64,000 bases of DNA from Eledone cirrhosa (GCA_964016885.1 OZ024744.1:9300001-9364000), one strand, 5' to 3'. Positions 50,301 to 64,000 are shown, counted from the stretch's first letter. The notes: generated from the sequence alone by a model not told the origin. Made by a program: numbers and translations.

Positions 50301-53300
50301 TACCTGCTTGTGTGTTGTATTACCTGCTTGTGTGTTGTATGTGGTCCTAGATGTATGTATTACCTGGTTATGTGTTCTATGTAGTCCTAGATGTGTGTAT
50401 TACCTGGTTATGTATTGTATGTGGTCCTAGATGAGTGTATTACCTGCCTGTGTGTTGTATGTGGTCCTAGATGTATCTATTACCTGGTTATGTGTTGTAT
50501 GTAGTCCTAGATGTATGTATTACCTGCTTATGTGGTGTATGTAGTCCTAGATCTATGTATTACCTGCCTGTGTGTTGTATGTAGTCCTGGATGTATGTAT
50601 TACCTGGTTATGTGTTGTATGTGGTCCTAGATGTGTGTATTACCTGCCTGTGTGTTGTATGTAGTCCTAGATGTGAGTATTACCTGCTTGTGTGTTGTAT
50701 GAGGTCTTAGATGTATGTATTACCTGCTTGTGTATTGTATGTGGTCCTAGATGTGTGTATTACCTGCCTGTGTATTGTATGTAGTCCTAGATGTATGTAT
50801 TACCTGGTTATGTGTTGTATGTGGTCCTGGATGTATGTATTACCTGCCTGTGTGTTTTATGTGGTCCTAGATGTATGTATTACCTGCCTGTGTGTTGTAT
50901 TTGGTCCTAGATGTATGTATTACCTGGTTATGTGTTGTATGTGGCCCTATATGTGTGTATTACCTGCTTGTGTATTGTATGTAGTCCTAGATGTATGTAT
51001 TACCTGGTTATGTGTTTTATGTAGTCCTAGATGTATGTATTACCTGCTTGTGTGTTGTATGTGGTCCTAGATGTATGTATTACCTGCCTGTGAGTTGTAT
51101 GTGGTCCTAGATGTATGTATTACCTGGTTATGTGTTGTATGTAGTCCTAGATGTATGTATTACCTGCCTGTGTGTTGTATGTAGTCCTGGATGTATGTAT
51201 TACCTGCCTGTGTGTGGTATGTGGTCCTAGATGTATGTATTACCTGGTTATGTGTTGTATGTAGTCCTAGATGTATGTATTACCTGCCTGTGTGTTGTAT
51301 GTAGTCCTGGATCTATGTATTACCTGCCTGTGTGTTGTATGTGGTCCTAGATGTCTGTATTACCTGGTTATGTGTTGTATGTAGTCCTAGATGTATGTAT
51401 TACCTGCTTGTGTGTTGTATGTAGTCCTAGATGTGTGTATTACCTGCTTGTATGTTATATGTGGCCCTAGTTGTATGTATTACCTAGTTATGTGTTGTAT
51501 GTGGTCCTAGATATGTGTATTACCTGGTTGTGTGTTGTATGTGGTCCTAGATGTATGTATTACCTGGTTATGTGTTGTATGTGGTCCTAGATGTATGTAT
51601 TACCTGCTTGTGTGTTGTATGTGGTCCTGGATGTATGTATTACCTGGTTATGTGTTTTATGTGGTCCTAGATGTATGTATTACCTGCTTGTGTGTTGTAT
51701 GTGGTCCTGGATGTATGTATTACCTGCCTCTGTGTTGTATGTGGTCCTAGATGTGTGTATTACCTGCCTGTGTGTTGTATGTGGTCCTAGATGTATGTAT
51801 TACCTGCTTGTGTGTTGTATGTGGTCCTAGATGTATATGCTACCTGGTTATGTGTTGTATGTGGTCCTAGATGTATGTATTACCTGCTCGTGTTTTGTAT
51901 GTGGTCCTGGATGTATGTATTACCTGGTTATGTGTTGTATGTGGTCCTAGATGTGTGTATTACCTGCCTATGTGTTGTATGTGGTCCTAGATGTATGTAT
52001 TACCTGCTTGTGTGTTGTATGTGGTCCTAGATGTATGTATTAACTGCTTGTGTGTTGTATGTAGTCCTAGATGTATGTATTACCTGCTTGTGTGTTGTAT
52101 GTGGTCCTAGATGTATGTATTACCTGGTTATGTGTTGTATGTGGTCCTAGATGTATGTATTACGTGGTTATGTGTTGTATGAGGTCCTAGATGTGTGTAT
52201 TACCTGGTTATGTATTGTATGTGTTCCTAGATGTATATATTACCTGATTGTGTGTTGTATGTGGTCCTAGATGTGTGTATTACCTGGTTATGTATTGTAT
52301 GTGGTCCTAGATGTATGTATTACCTGCTTGTGTGTTGCATGTAGTCCTAGATGTGTGTATTACCTGGTTATGTGTTGTATGTTGTCCTAGATGTATGTAT
52401 TACCTGCTTGTGTGTTGTATGTGGTCCTAGATGTATGTATTACCTGGTTATGTGTTGTATGTGGTCCTAGATGTATGTATTACCTGCTTGTGTGTTGTAT
52501 GTGGTCCTAGATGTATGTATTACCTGCCTGTGTGTTGTATGTGGTCGTAGATGAATGTATTACCTGGTTAAGTTTTGTATGTGGTCCTAGGTGTATGTAT
52601 TACCTGCCTGTGTGTTGTATGTAGTCCTAGATGAATGTATTACCTGCCTGTGTGTTGTATGTAGTCCTGGATGTATGTATTACCTGCCTGTGTGTTGTAT
52701 GTCGTCCTAGATGTATGTATTACCTGCCTGTGTGTTGTATGTGGTCCTAGATCTATGTATTACCTGCCTGTGTATTGTATGTGGTCCTAGATGTATGTAT
52801 TACCTGCTTGCGTGTTGTATGTAGTCCTAGATGTATGTATTCCCTGCTTGTGTGTTGTATGTAGTCCTAGATGTATGTATTCCCTGCTTGTGTGTTGTAT
52901 GTAGTCCTAGATGTATGTATTACCTGCTTGCCTTGTGTGTTGTATGTAGTCCTAGATGTATGTATTACCTGCTTGTGTGTTGTATGTAGTCTTAGGTGTA
53001 TTTATTACGTGCTTGTGTGTTGTATGTAGTCCTAGATGTATGTATTACCTGCTTGCCTTGTGTGTTGTATGTAGTCCTAGATCTATGTATTACCTGCCTG
53101 TGTGTTGTATGTGGTCCTAGATGTATGTATTACCTGCTTGTGTGTTGTATGTAGTCCTAGATGTATGTATTCCCTGCTTGTGTGTTGTATGTGGTCCTAG
53201 ATGTGTGTATTACCTGCCTGTGTGTTGTATGTGGTCCTAGATGTATGTATTACCTGCTTGTGTGTTGTATGTAGTCCTAGATGTATGTATTACCTGCTTG

Positions 53301-56300
53301 TCTTGTGTGTTGTATGTAGTCCTAGATGTATGTATTACCTGGTTATGTGTTGTATGTGGTCCTAGATGTATGTATTACCAGCCTGTGTGTTGTATGTGGT
53401 CCTAGATGTATGTATTACCTGGTTATGTGTTGTATGTGGTCCTAGATGTGTTATTACCTGCTTGTATGTTTTATGTGGTCCTGGATGTGTGTATTACTTG
53501 CTTGTGTGTTCTATGTAGTCCTAGATGTATGTATTACCTGCTGGTGTGTTGTATGTGGTCCTGGATGTATGAATTACCTGCTTGTGTGTTGTATGTGGTT
53601 CTAGATGTATGTATTACCTGGTTATGTGTTGTATGTGGTCCTAGATGTATGTATTACCTGGTTATGTGTTGTATGTAGTCCTAGATGTATGTACTACCTG
53701 GTTATGTGTTGTATGTGGTGCTAGATGTATGTATTACCTGCTTGTGTGTTGTATGTGGTCCTAGATATATGTATTACCTGGTTGTGTGTTCTATGTAGTC
53801 CTAGATGTATGTATTACCTGGTTATGTGTTGTATGTAATCCTAGATGTATGTATTACCTGCTTGTGTGTTGTATGTGGTCCTAGATGTATGTATTACTTG
53901 GTTATGTGTTGTATGTGGTCCTAGATGTTGTTATAACCTGTCTGTTGTTGTATGTGGTCCTAGATGTGTGTATTACCTGCTTGTGTGTTGTATGTAGTCC
54001 TAGATGTATGTATTACCTGGTTATGTGTTGTATGTTGTCCTAGATGTATGTACTACCTGGTTATGTGTTGTATGTGGTCCTAGATGTGTTATTACCTGCT
54101 TGTATGTTATATGTGGCCCTAGATGTGTGTATTACTTGCTTGTGTGTTCTATGTAGTCCTAGATGTATGTATTACCTGGTTATGTGTTGTATGTAGTCAT
54201 AGATGTATGTATTACTTGGTTATCTGTTGTATGTGGTCCTAGATGTGTGTATTACCTGCTTGTGTGTCCTACATGTATGTATTACCTACTTGTGTGTTGT
54301 ATGTGTTCCTATATGTGTGTATTACCTGCTTGTGTGTTGTATGTAGTGCTAGATGTATGTATTACCTGCCTGTGTGTTGTATGTGGTCCTAGATGAATGT
54401 ATTACCTGCTTGTGTGTTGTATGTGGCCCTCGATGTGTGTATTACCTGCTTGTGTGTTGTATGTGGCCCTAGATGTGTGTATTACCTGGTTATGTGTTGT
54501 ATGTAGTCCTACATGTGTGTATTACCCGCTTGTATGTTGTATATAGTCCTAGATGTATGTATTACCTGCTTGTGTGTTGTATGTAGTCCTAGATGTGTGT
54601 ATTACCTGCTTGTGTGTTGTATGTGGCCTTAGATGTGTGTATTACCTGCTTGTGTGTTGTATGTGGCCCTAGATGTGTGTATTACCTGCTTGTGTGTTGT
54701 ATGTGGTCCTAGATGTGTGTATTCCCTGCTTGTGTGTTGTATGTGGTCCTAGATGTATGTATTACCTGCTTATGTGTTGTATGTGGTCGAAGATGTATGT
54801 ATTACCTGCCAGTGTGTTGTATGCGGTCCTAGATGTATGTATTACCTACTGGTGTGTTGTATGTGGTCCTAGATGTGTGTATTACCTGCTTGTGTGTTGT
54901 ATGTGGTCCTAGATGTATGTATTATATGGTTATGTGTTGTATGTGGTCCTAGATGTATCTATTACCTGGTTATGTGTTGTATGTGGTCCTGGATGTATGT
55001 ATTACCTGCCTGTGTGTTGTATGTGTTTCTAGATGTATGTATTACCTGGTTATGTGTTGTATGTGGACCTAGATGTATGTATTACCTGCTTGTGTGTTGT
55101 ATTTGGTCCTAGATGTATGTATTACCTGCTTGTGTGTTGTATGTAGTCCTAGATCTATGTATTACCTCTCTGTGTGTTGTATGTAGTCCTAGATGAATGT
55201 ATTACCTGCCTGTGTGTTGTATGTAGTCCTGGATGTATGTATTACCTGCCTGTGTGTTGTATGTCGTCCTAGATGTATGTATTACCTGCCTGTGTGTTGT
55301 ATGTGGTCCTAGATCTATGTATTACCTGCCTGTGTGTTGTATGTGGTCCTAGATGTATGTATTACCTGCTTGTGTGTTGTATGTAGTCCTAGATGTATGT
55401 ATTCCCTGCTTGTGTGTTGTATGTAGTCCTAGATGTATGTATTCCCTGCTTGTGTGTTGTATGTAGTCCTAGATGTATGTATTACCTGCTTGCCTTGTGT
55501 GTTGTATGTAGTCCTAGATGTATGTATTACCTGCTTGTGTGTTGTATGTAGTCCTAGATGTATGTATTACCTGCTTGCCTTGTGTGTTGTATGTAGTCCT
55601 AGATGTATGTATTACCTGCTTGCCTTGTGTGTTGTATATAGTCCTAGATCTATGTATTACCCGCCTGTGTGTTGTATGGGGTCCTAGATGTATGTATTAC
55701 CTGCTTGTGTGTTGTATATAGTCCTAGATGTATGTATTCCCTGCTTGTGTGTTGTATGTCGTCCTAGATGTATGTATTACCTGCTTGTGTGTTGTATGTG
55801 GTCCTAGATGTGTGTATTACCTGCCTGTGTGTTGTATGTGGTCCTAGATGTATGTATTACCTGCTTGTGTGTTGTATGTAGTCCTAGATGTATGTATTAC
55901 CTGCTTGCCTTGTGTGTTGTATGTAGTCCTAGATGTATGTATTACCTGCTTGTGTGTTGTATGTAGTCTTAGGTGTATTTATTAAGTGCTTGTGTGTTGT
56001 ATGTGGTCCTAGATGTGTGTATTACCTGCTTGTGTGTTGTATGTAGTCCTAGATGTGTGTATTACCTGGTTATGTGTTGTATATTGTCATAGATGTGTGT
56101 ATTACCTGCTTGTGTGTTGTATGTGGTCCTAGATGTGTGTATTACTTGCTTGTGTGTTGTATGTAGTCCTAGATGTATATACTACCTGGTTATGTGTTGT
56201 ATGTAGTCCTAGATGTGTGTATTACCTGCTTCTTTGTTGTATGTGGTCCTAGTTGTATGTATTACCTACTGCTGTGTTGTATATGGTCCTAGATGTGTGT

Positions 56301-59300
56301 ATTACCTGCTTGTGTGTTGTATGTGGTCCTAGATGTATGTATTACCTGGTTGTGTGTTCTATGTAGTCTTAGATGTATGTATTACCTGGTTATGTGTTGT
56401 ATGTGGTCCTAGATGTATGTATTACCTGTTTCTGTGTTGTACGTGGTCCTAGATGCATGTATTACCTGGTTATGTGTTGTATGTGGTGCTAGATGTATGT
56501 ATTACCTGCTTGTGTGTTGTATGTGGCCCTATATGTGTGTATTACCTGCTTGTGTGTTGTATGTGGTCCTAGATGTATGTATTACCTGGTTATGTGTTGT
56601 ATGTAATCCTAGATGTATGTACTACCTGGTTATGTGTTGTATGTGGTCCTAGATGTATGTATTACCTGCTTGTGTGTTGTATGTGGTCCTAGATGTATGT
56701 ATTACCTGGTTGTGTGTTGTATGTGGTCCTGGATGTATGTATTACCTGCCTGTGTGTTGTATGTAGTCCTGGATGTATGTATTACCTGCCTGTGTGTTGT
56801 ATGTGGTCCTACATGTATGTATTACCTGCCTGTGTGTTGTATGTAGTCCTAGATGTATGTATTACCTGCTTGTGTGTTGTATGTAGTCCTAGATGTATGT
56901 ATTACCTGCTTGTGTGTTGTATGTGGTCCTAGATGTATGTATTACCTGCCTGTGTGTTGTATGTAGTCCTAGATCTATGTATTACCTGCCTGTGTGTTGT
57001 ATGTAGTCCTAGATGTATGTATTACCTGCCTGTGTGTTGTATGTAGTGCTAGATGTGTGTATTACCTGCTTGTATGTTATATGTGGTCCTAGATGTATGT
57101 ATTACCTGGTTATGTGTTGTATGTGGTCCTAGATGTATCTATTACCTGGTTATGTGTTGTATGTAGTCCTAGATGTGTGTATTACCTGGTTATGTATTGT
57201 ATGTGGTCCTAGATGTGTGTATTACCTGCTTGTGTGTTGTATTACCTGCTTGTGTGTTGTATGTGGTCCTAGATGTATGTATTACCTGGTTATGTGTTCT
57301 ATCTAGTCCTAGATGTGTGTATTACCTGGTTATGTATTGTATGTGGTCCTAGATGTGTGTATTACCTGCCTGTGTGTTGTATGTGGTCCTAGATGTATGT
57401 ATTACCTGGTTATGTGTTGTATGTGGTCCTAGATGTATCTATTACCTGGTTATGTGTTGTATGTAGTCCTAGATGTATGTATTACCTGCTTATGTGGTGT
57501 ATGTAGTCCTAGATCTATGTATTACCAGCCTGTGTGTTGTATGTAGTCCTGGATGTATGTATTACCTGGTTATGTGTTGTATGTGGTCCTAGATCTGTGT
57601 ATTACCTGCCTGTGTGTTGTATGTAGTCCTAGATGTGAGTATTACCTGCTTGTGTGTTATATGAGGTCTTAGATGTATGTATTACCTGCTTGTGTATTGT
57701 ATGTGGTCCTAGATGTGTGTATTACCTGCCTGTGTATTGTATGTAGTCCTAGATGTATGTATTACCTGGTTATGTGTTGTATGTGGTCCTGGATGTGTGT
57801 ATTACCTGCCTGTGTGTTGTATGTGGTCCTAGATGTATGTATTACCTGCCTGTGTGTTGTATGTGGTCCTAGATGTATGTATTACCTGGTTATCTGTTGT
57901 ATGTAGTCCTAGATGTATGTATTACCTGGTTATGTGTTGTATGTGGCCCTATATGTGTGTATTACCTGCTTGTGTATTGTATGTAGTCCTAGATGTATGT
58001 ATTATCTGGTTATGTGTTTTATGTAGTCCTAGATGTATGTATTACCTGCTTGTGTGTTGTATGTGGTCCTAGATGTATGTATTACCTGCCTGTGAGTTGT
58101 ATGTGGTCCTAGATGTATGTATTACCTGGTTATGTGTTGTATGTAGTCCTAGATGTATGTATTACCTGCCTGTGTGTTGTATGTAGTCCTGGATGTATGT
58201 ATTACCTGCCTGTGTGTTGTATGTGGTCCTAGATGTATGTATTACTTGGTTATGTGTTGTATGTAGTCCTAGATGTATATATTACCTGCCTGTGTGTTGT
58301 ATGTAGTCCTGGATCTATGTATTACCTGCCTGTGTGTTGTATGTGGTCCTAGATGTCTGTATTACCTGGTTATGTGTTGTATGTAGTCCTAGATGTATGT
58401 ATTACCTGCTTGTGTGTTGTATGTAGTCCTAGATGTGTGTATTACCTGCTTGTATGTTATATGTGGCCCTAGATGTATGTATTACCTGGTTATGTGTTGT
58501 ATGTGGTCCTAGATATGTGTATTACCTGGTTGTGTGTTGTATGTGGTCCTAGATGTATGTATTACCTGGTTATGTGTTGTATGTGGTCCTAGATGTATGT
58601 ATTACCTGCTTGTGTGTTGTATGTGGTCCTGGATGTATGTATTACCTGGTTATGTGTTTTATGTGGTCCTAGATGTATGTATTACCTGCTTGTGTGTTGT
58701 ATGTGGTCCTGGATGTATGTATTACCTGCCTCTGTGTTGTATGTGGTCCTAGATGTGTGTATTACCTGCCTGTGTGTTGTATGTGGTCCTAGATGTATGT
58801 ATTACCTGCTTGTGTGTTGTATGTGGTCCTAGATGTATATGCTACCTGGTTATGTGTTGTATGTGGTCCTAGATGTATGTATTACCTGCTCGTGTGTTGT
58901 ATGTGGTCCTGGATGTATGTATTACCTGGTTATGTGTTGTATGTGGTCCTAGATGTGTGTATTACCTGCCTATGTGTTGTATGTGGTCCTAGATGTATGT
59001 ATTACCTGCTTGTGTGTTGTATGTGGTCCTAGATGTATGTATTAACTGCTTGTGTGTTGTATGTAGTCCTAGATGTATGTATTACCTGGTTATGTGTTGT
59101 ATGTGGTCCTAGATGTATGTATTACCTGCTTGTGTGTTGTATGTGGTCCTAGATGTATGTATTACCTGGTTATGTGTTGTATGTGGTCCTAGATGTATGT
59201 ATTACGTGGTTATGTGTTGTATGAGGTTCTAGATGTGTGTATTACCTGGTTATGTATTGAATGTGTTCCTAGATGTATATATTACCTGCTTGTGTGTTGT

Positions 59301-59670
59301 ATGTGGTCCTAGATGTGTGTATTACCTGGTTATGTATTGTATGTGGTCCTAGATGTATGTATTACCTGCTTGTGTGTTGCATGTAGTCCTAGATGTGTGT
59401 ATTACCTGGTTATGTGTTGTATGTGGTCCTAGATGTATGTATTACCTGCTTGTGTGTTGTATGTGGTCCTAGATGTATGTATTACCTGGTTATGTGTTGT
59501 ATGTGGTCCTAGATGTATGTATTACCTGCTTGTGTGTTGTATGTGGTCCTAGATGTATGTATTACCTGCCTGTGTGTTGTATGTGGTCCTAGATGAATGT
59601 ATTACCTGGTTAAGTTTTGTATGTGGTCCTAGGTGTATGTATTACCTGCCTGTGTGTTGTATGTGGTCCT
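47139..59670 (+). repeat. Two-copy tandem duplication with internal indels (about 5.5 kb and 7.0 kb copies)
   Basis: Offsets step from 5492 (47914/53406) to 6802 (48631/55433, 49611/56413) to 7002 (51532/58534). Shared rare variants include ATGAATTACC and ATGGGGTCC. Confidence 0.8.
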
Positions 59671-62600
59671 AGATGTATGTATTACCTGGTTATGTGTTGT
59701 ATGTAGTCCTAGATGTGTGTATTACCTGGTTTTGTGTTGTATGTGGTCCTAGATGTATGTATTACCTGCTTGTGTGTTGTATGTGGTCCAGGATGTATGT
59801 ATTACCTGGTTATGTGTTTATGTAGTCCTAGATGTATGTATTACCTGCCTGTGTGTTGTATGTAGTCCTAGATGTATGTATTACCTGCCTGTGTGTTGTA
59901 TGTGGTCCTAGATGTATGTATTACCTGCTTGTGTGTTGTATGTGGTCCTGAATGTATGTATTACCTGGTTATGTGTTGTATGTGGTCCTAGATGTGTGTA
60001 TTACCTGCCTGTGTGTTGTATGTGGTCCTAGATGTATGTATTACCTGGTTGTGTGTTCTATGTGGTCCTAGATGTATGTATTACCTGCTTGTGTGTTTTA
60101 TGTAGTCCTAGATCTATGTATTACCTGGTTATGTGTTGTATGTGGTCCTAGATGTATGTATTACCTGCTTGTGTGTTGTATGTGGTCCTAGATGTATGTA
60201 TTACCTGGTTATGTGTTGTATGTGGTCCTAGATGTATGTATTACCTGGTTATGTGTTGTATCTGGTCCTAGATGTATGTATTACCTGTTTCTGTGTTGTA
60301 TGTGGTCCTAGATGTATGTGCTACCTGCCTGTGTGTTGTATGTGGTCCTAGATGTATGTATTACCTGGTAATGTGTTGTATGTAGTCCTAGATGTATGTA
60401 TTACCTGGTTATGTGTTGTATGTGGTCCTAGATGTGTGTATTACCTGCTTGTGTGTTGTATTACCTGCTTGTGTGTTGTATGTGGTCCTAGATGTATGTA
60501 TTACCTGGTTATGTGTTCTATGTAGTCCTAGATGTGTGTATTACCTGGTTATGTATTGTATGTGGTCCTAGATGTGTGTATTACCTGCCTGTGTGTTGTA
60601 TGTGGTCCTAGATGTATGTATTACCTGGTTATGTGTTGTATGTGGTCCTAGATGTATCTATTACCTGGTTATGTGTTGTATGTAGTCCTAGATGTATGTA
60701 TTACCTGCTTATGTGGTGTATGTAGTCCTAGATCTATGTATTACCAGCCTGTGTGTTGTATGTAGTCCTGGATGTATGTATTACCTGGTTATGTGTTGTA
60801 TGTGGTCCTAGATGTGTGTATTACCTGCCTGTGTGTTGTATGTAGTCCTAGATGTGAGTATTACCTGCTTGTGTGTTGTATGAGGTCTTAGATGTATGTA
60901 TTACCTGCTTGTGTATTGTATGTGGTCCTAGATGTGTGTATTACCTGTCTGTGTATTGTATGTAGTCCTAGATATATGTATTACCTGGTTATGTGTTGTA
61001 TGTGGTCCTGGATGTATGTATTACCTGCCTGTGTGTTGTATGTGGTCCTAGATGTATGTATTACCTGCCTGTGTGTTGTATGTGGTCCTAGATGTATGTA
61101 TTACCTGGTTATGTGTTGTATGTAGTCCTAGATGTATGTATTACCTGGTTATGTGTTGTATGTGGCCCTATATGTGTGTATTACCTGCTTGTGTATTGTA
61201 TGTAGTCCTAGATGTATGTATTACCTGGTTATGTGTTTTATGTAGTACTAGATCTATGTATTACCTGCTTGTGTGTTGTATGTGGTCCTAGATGTATGTA
61301 TTACCTGCCTGTGAGTTGTATGTGGTCCTAGATGTATGTATTACCTGGTTATGTGTTGTATGTAGTCCTAGATGTATGTATTACCTGCCTGTGTGTTGTA
61401 TGTAGTCCTGGATGTATGTATTACCTGCCTGTGTGTTGTATGTGGTCTTAGATGTATGTATTACCTGGTTATGTGTTGTATGTAGTCCTAGATGTATGTA
61501 TTACCTGCCTGTGTGTTGTATGTAGTCCTGGATCTATGTATTACCTGCCTGTGTGTTGTATGTGGTCCTAGATGTCTGTATTACCTGGTTATGTGTTGTA
61601 TGTAGTCCTAGATGTATGTATTACCTGCTTGTGTGTTGTATGTAGTCCTAGATGTGTGTATTACCTGCTTGTATGTTATATGTGGCCCTAGATGTATGTA
61701 TTACCTGGTTATGTGTTGTATGTGGTCCTAGATATGTGTATTACCTGGTTGTGTGTTGTATGTGGTCCTAGATGTATGTATTACCTGGTTATGTGTTGTA
61801 TGTGGTCCTAGATGTATGTATTACCTGCTTGTGTGTTGTATGTGGTCCTGGATGTATGTATTACCTGGTTATGTGTTTTATGTGGTCCTAGATGTATGTA
61901 TTACCTGCTTGTGTGTTGTATGTGGTCCTGGATGTATGTATTACCTGCCTCTGTGTTGTATGTGGTCCTAGATGTGTGTATTACCTGCCTGTGTGTTGTA
62001 TGTGGTCCTAGATGTATGTATTACCTGCTTGTGTGTTGTATGTGGTCCTAGATGTATATGCTACCTGGTTATGTGTTGTATGTGGTCCTAGATGTATGTA
62101 TTACCTGCTCGTATGTTGTATGTGGTCCTGGATGTATGTATTACCTGGTTATGTGTTGTATGTGGTCCTAGATGTGTGTATTACCTGCCTATGTGTTGTA
62201 TGTGGTCCTAGATGTATGTATTACCTGCTTGTGTGTTGTATGTGGTCCTAGATGTATGTATTAACTGCTTGTGTGTTGTATGTAGTCCTAGATGTATGTA
62301 TTACCTGGTTATGTGTTGTATGTGGTCCTAGATGTATGTATTACCTGCTTGTGTGTTGTATGTGGTCCTAGATGTATGTATTACCTGGTTATGTGTTGTA
62401 TGTGGTCCTAGATGTATGTATTACGTGGTTATGTGTTGTATGAGGTCCTAGATGTGTGTATTACCTGGTTATGTATTGTATGTGTTCCTAGATGTATATA
62501 TTACCTGCTTGTGTGTTGTATGTGGTCCTAGATGTGTGTATTACCTGGTTATGTATTGTATGTGGTCCTAGATGTATGTATTACCTGCTTGTGTGTTGCA

Positions 62601-63660
62601 TGTAGTCCTAGATGTGTGTATTACCTGGTTATGTGTTGTATGTGGTCCTAGATGTATGTATTACCTGCTTGTGTGTTGTATGTGGTCCTAGATGTATGTA
62701 TTACCTGGTTATGTGTTGTATGTGGTCCTAGATGTATGTATTACCTGCTTGTGTGTTGTATGTGGTCCTAGATGTATGTATTACCTGCCTGTGTGTTGTA
62801 TGTGGTCCTAGATGAATGTATTACCTGGTTAAGTTTTGTATGTGGTCCTAGGTGTATGTATTACCTGCCTGTGTGTTGTATGTGGTCCTAGATGTATGTA
62901 TTACCTGGTTATGTGTTGTATGTAGTCCTAGATGTGTGTATTACCTGGTTTTGTGTTGTATGTGGTCCTAGATGTATGTATTACCTGCTTGTGTGTTGTA
63001 TGTGGTCCAGGATGTATGTATTACCTGGTTATGTGTTTATGTAGTCCTAGATGTATGTATTACCTGCCTGTGTGTTGTATGTAGTCCTAGATGTATGTAT
63101 TACCTGCCTGTGTGTTGTATGTGGTCCTAGATGTATGTATTACCTGCTTGTGTGTTGTATGTGGTCCTGAATGTATGTATTACCTGGTTATGTGTTGTAT
63201 GTGGTCCTAGATGTGTGTATTACCTGCCTGTGTGTTGTATGTGGTCCTAGATGTATGTATTACCTGGTTGTGTGTTCTATGTGGTCCTAGATGTATGTAT
63301 TACCTGCTTGTGTGTTTTATGTAGTCCTAGATGTATGTATTACCTGGTTATGTGTTGTATGTGGTCCTAGATGTATGTATTACCTGCTTGTGTGTTGTAT
63401 GTGGTCCTAGATGTATGTATTACCTGGTTATGTGTTATATGTGGTCCTAGATGTATGTATTACCTGGTTATGTGTTGTATCTGGTCCTAGATGTATGTAT
63501 TACCTGTTTCTGTGTTGTATGTGGTCCTAGATGTATGTGCTACCTGCCTGTGTGTTGTATGTGGTCCTAGATGTATGTATTACCTGGTAATGTGTTGTAT
63601 GTAGTCCTAGATGTATGTATTACCTGGTTATGTGTTGTATGTGGTCCTAGATGTGTGTAT
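57213..63660 (+). repeat. Two-copy tandem duplication, period 3219 bp
   Basis: ORF pairs at 57673/60892, 57833/61052, 58534/61753 and 58793/62012. Confidence 0.9.
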
Positions 63661-64000
63661 TACCTGGTTGTGTGTTGTATGTGGTCCTAGATGTATGTAT
63701 TACCTGCCTGTGTGTTGTATGTGGTCCTAGATGTGTGTATTACCTGCTTGTGTGTTGTATATGGTCCTGGATGTGTGTATTAAGTGCTTGTGTGATGTAT
63801 GTGGTCCTAGATGTGTGTATTACCTGGTTATGTGTTGTATGTGGTGCTAGATGTATGTATTACCTGCTTGTGTGTTGTATGTGGCCCTATATGTGTGTAT
63901 TACCTGCTTGTATGTTGTATGTGGTCCTAGATGTATGTATTACCTGGTTATGTGTTGTATGTAATCCTAGATGTATGTACTACCTGGTTATGTGTTGTAT

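Larger units (their letters stand above)
6121..64000 (+). repeat. 40-bp tandem satellite array, about 1,450 monomers, running off the window end
   Basis: The consensus is ATGTATGTATTACCTGCTTGTGTGTTGTATGTGGTCCTAG. Common alleles are A/G at position 5, GCTTG/GCCTG/GGTTA/GGTTG at positions 16-20, and G/A at position 33. Monomers are head-to-tail in one orientation. Rare length variants (30, 39, 45 bp and 20-bp half units) occur. Confidence 0.99.

Noticed and set aside
6380-62251. Many 60-119 aa Cys/Val/Tyr-rich ORFs (MYVLPACVLYVVLDVCIT...) resembling metallothionein, keratin-associated or toxin peptides
   Set aside because: They are artefacts of the 40-bp unit. Each monomer begins ATG and ends TAG, so a frame closes every 120 bp. 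The 79-aa and 119-aa ORFs arise where one or two TAGs have mutated (TGG, TAT, TAC). The minus strand also has TAG and TAA in every monomer.
6121-64000. CRISPR array or diversity-generating cassette array
   Set aside because: The units are contiguous with no unique spacers. There is no cas, RT or recombinase gene, and the context is eukaryotic TE-rich DNA.
6121-64000. Telomeric repeat array (G/T-rich strand)
   Set aside because: There are no TTAGGG/TTAGG runs or G-tracts, and the unit is 40 bp. A subtelomeric location cannot be judged from this window.
6121-64000. A fixed 4- or 5-monomer (160/200-bp, nucleosome-sized) higher-order repeat
   Set aside because: Allele order is irregular at that scale. 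Only one local 200-bp duplication was seen, at the edge, and the real periodicities are kb-scale.

Overview
This is AT-rich eukaryotic (animal) non-coding DNA with no credible intact protein-coding gene. The repeat families resemble those I recall from octopus/cephalopod genomes, which is an unverified inference. Bases 1-6120 are a transposon graveyard: three RTE-clade LINE 3' fragments, a CRE-like RLE fragment, two tRNA-derived SINEs, four TTAA-flanked piggyBac-type MITEs, a hAT-type element that holds three of those MITEs, and microsatellites. From 6121 to the window end (about 57.9 kb, about 1,450 units) runs one uninterrupted, single-orientation satellite with the 40-bp consensus ATGTATGTATTACCTGCTTGTGTGTTGTATGTGGTCCTAG. 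All Cys/Val/Tyr-rich ORFs in the array are translation artefacts of this repeat. The main hidden structure is hierarchical. Rare variant monomers recur in the same order, defining an ancestral super-unit of about 11.5-12 kb. That unit is overlaid by recent tandem duplications of different sizes (about 3.4, 3.3/2.9/3.4, 2.5, 4.2, 5.5/7.0 and 3.2 kb). All alignments were done by eye or from ORF-track offsets, so block boundaries are approximate.
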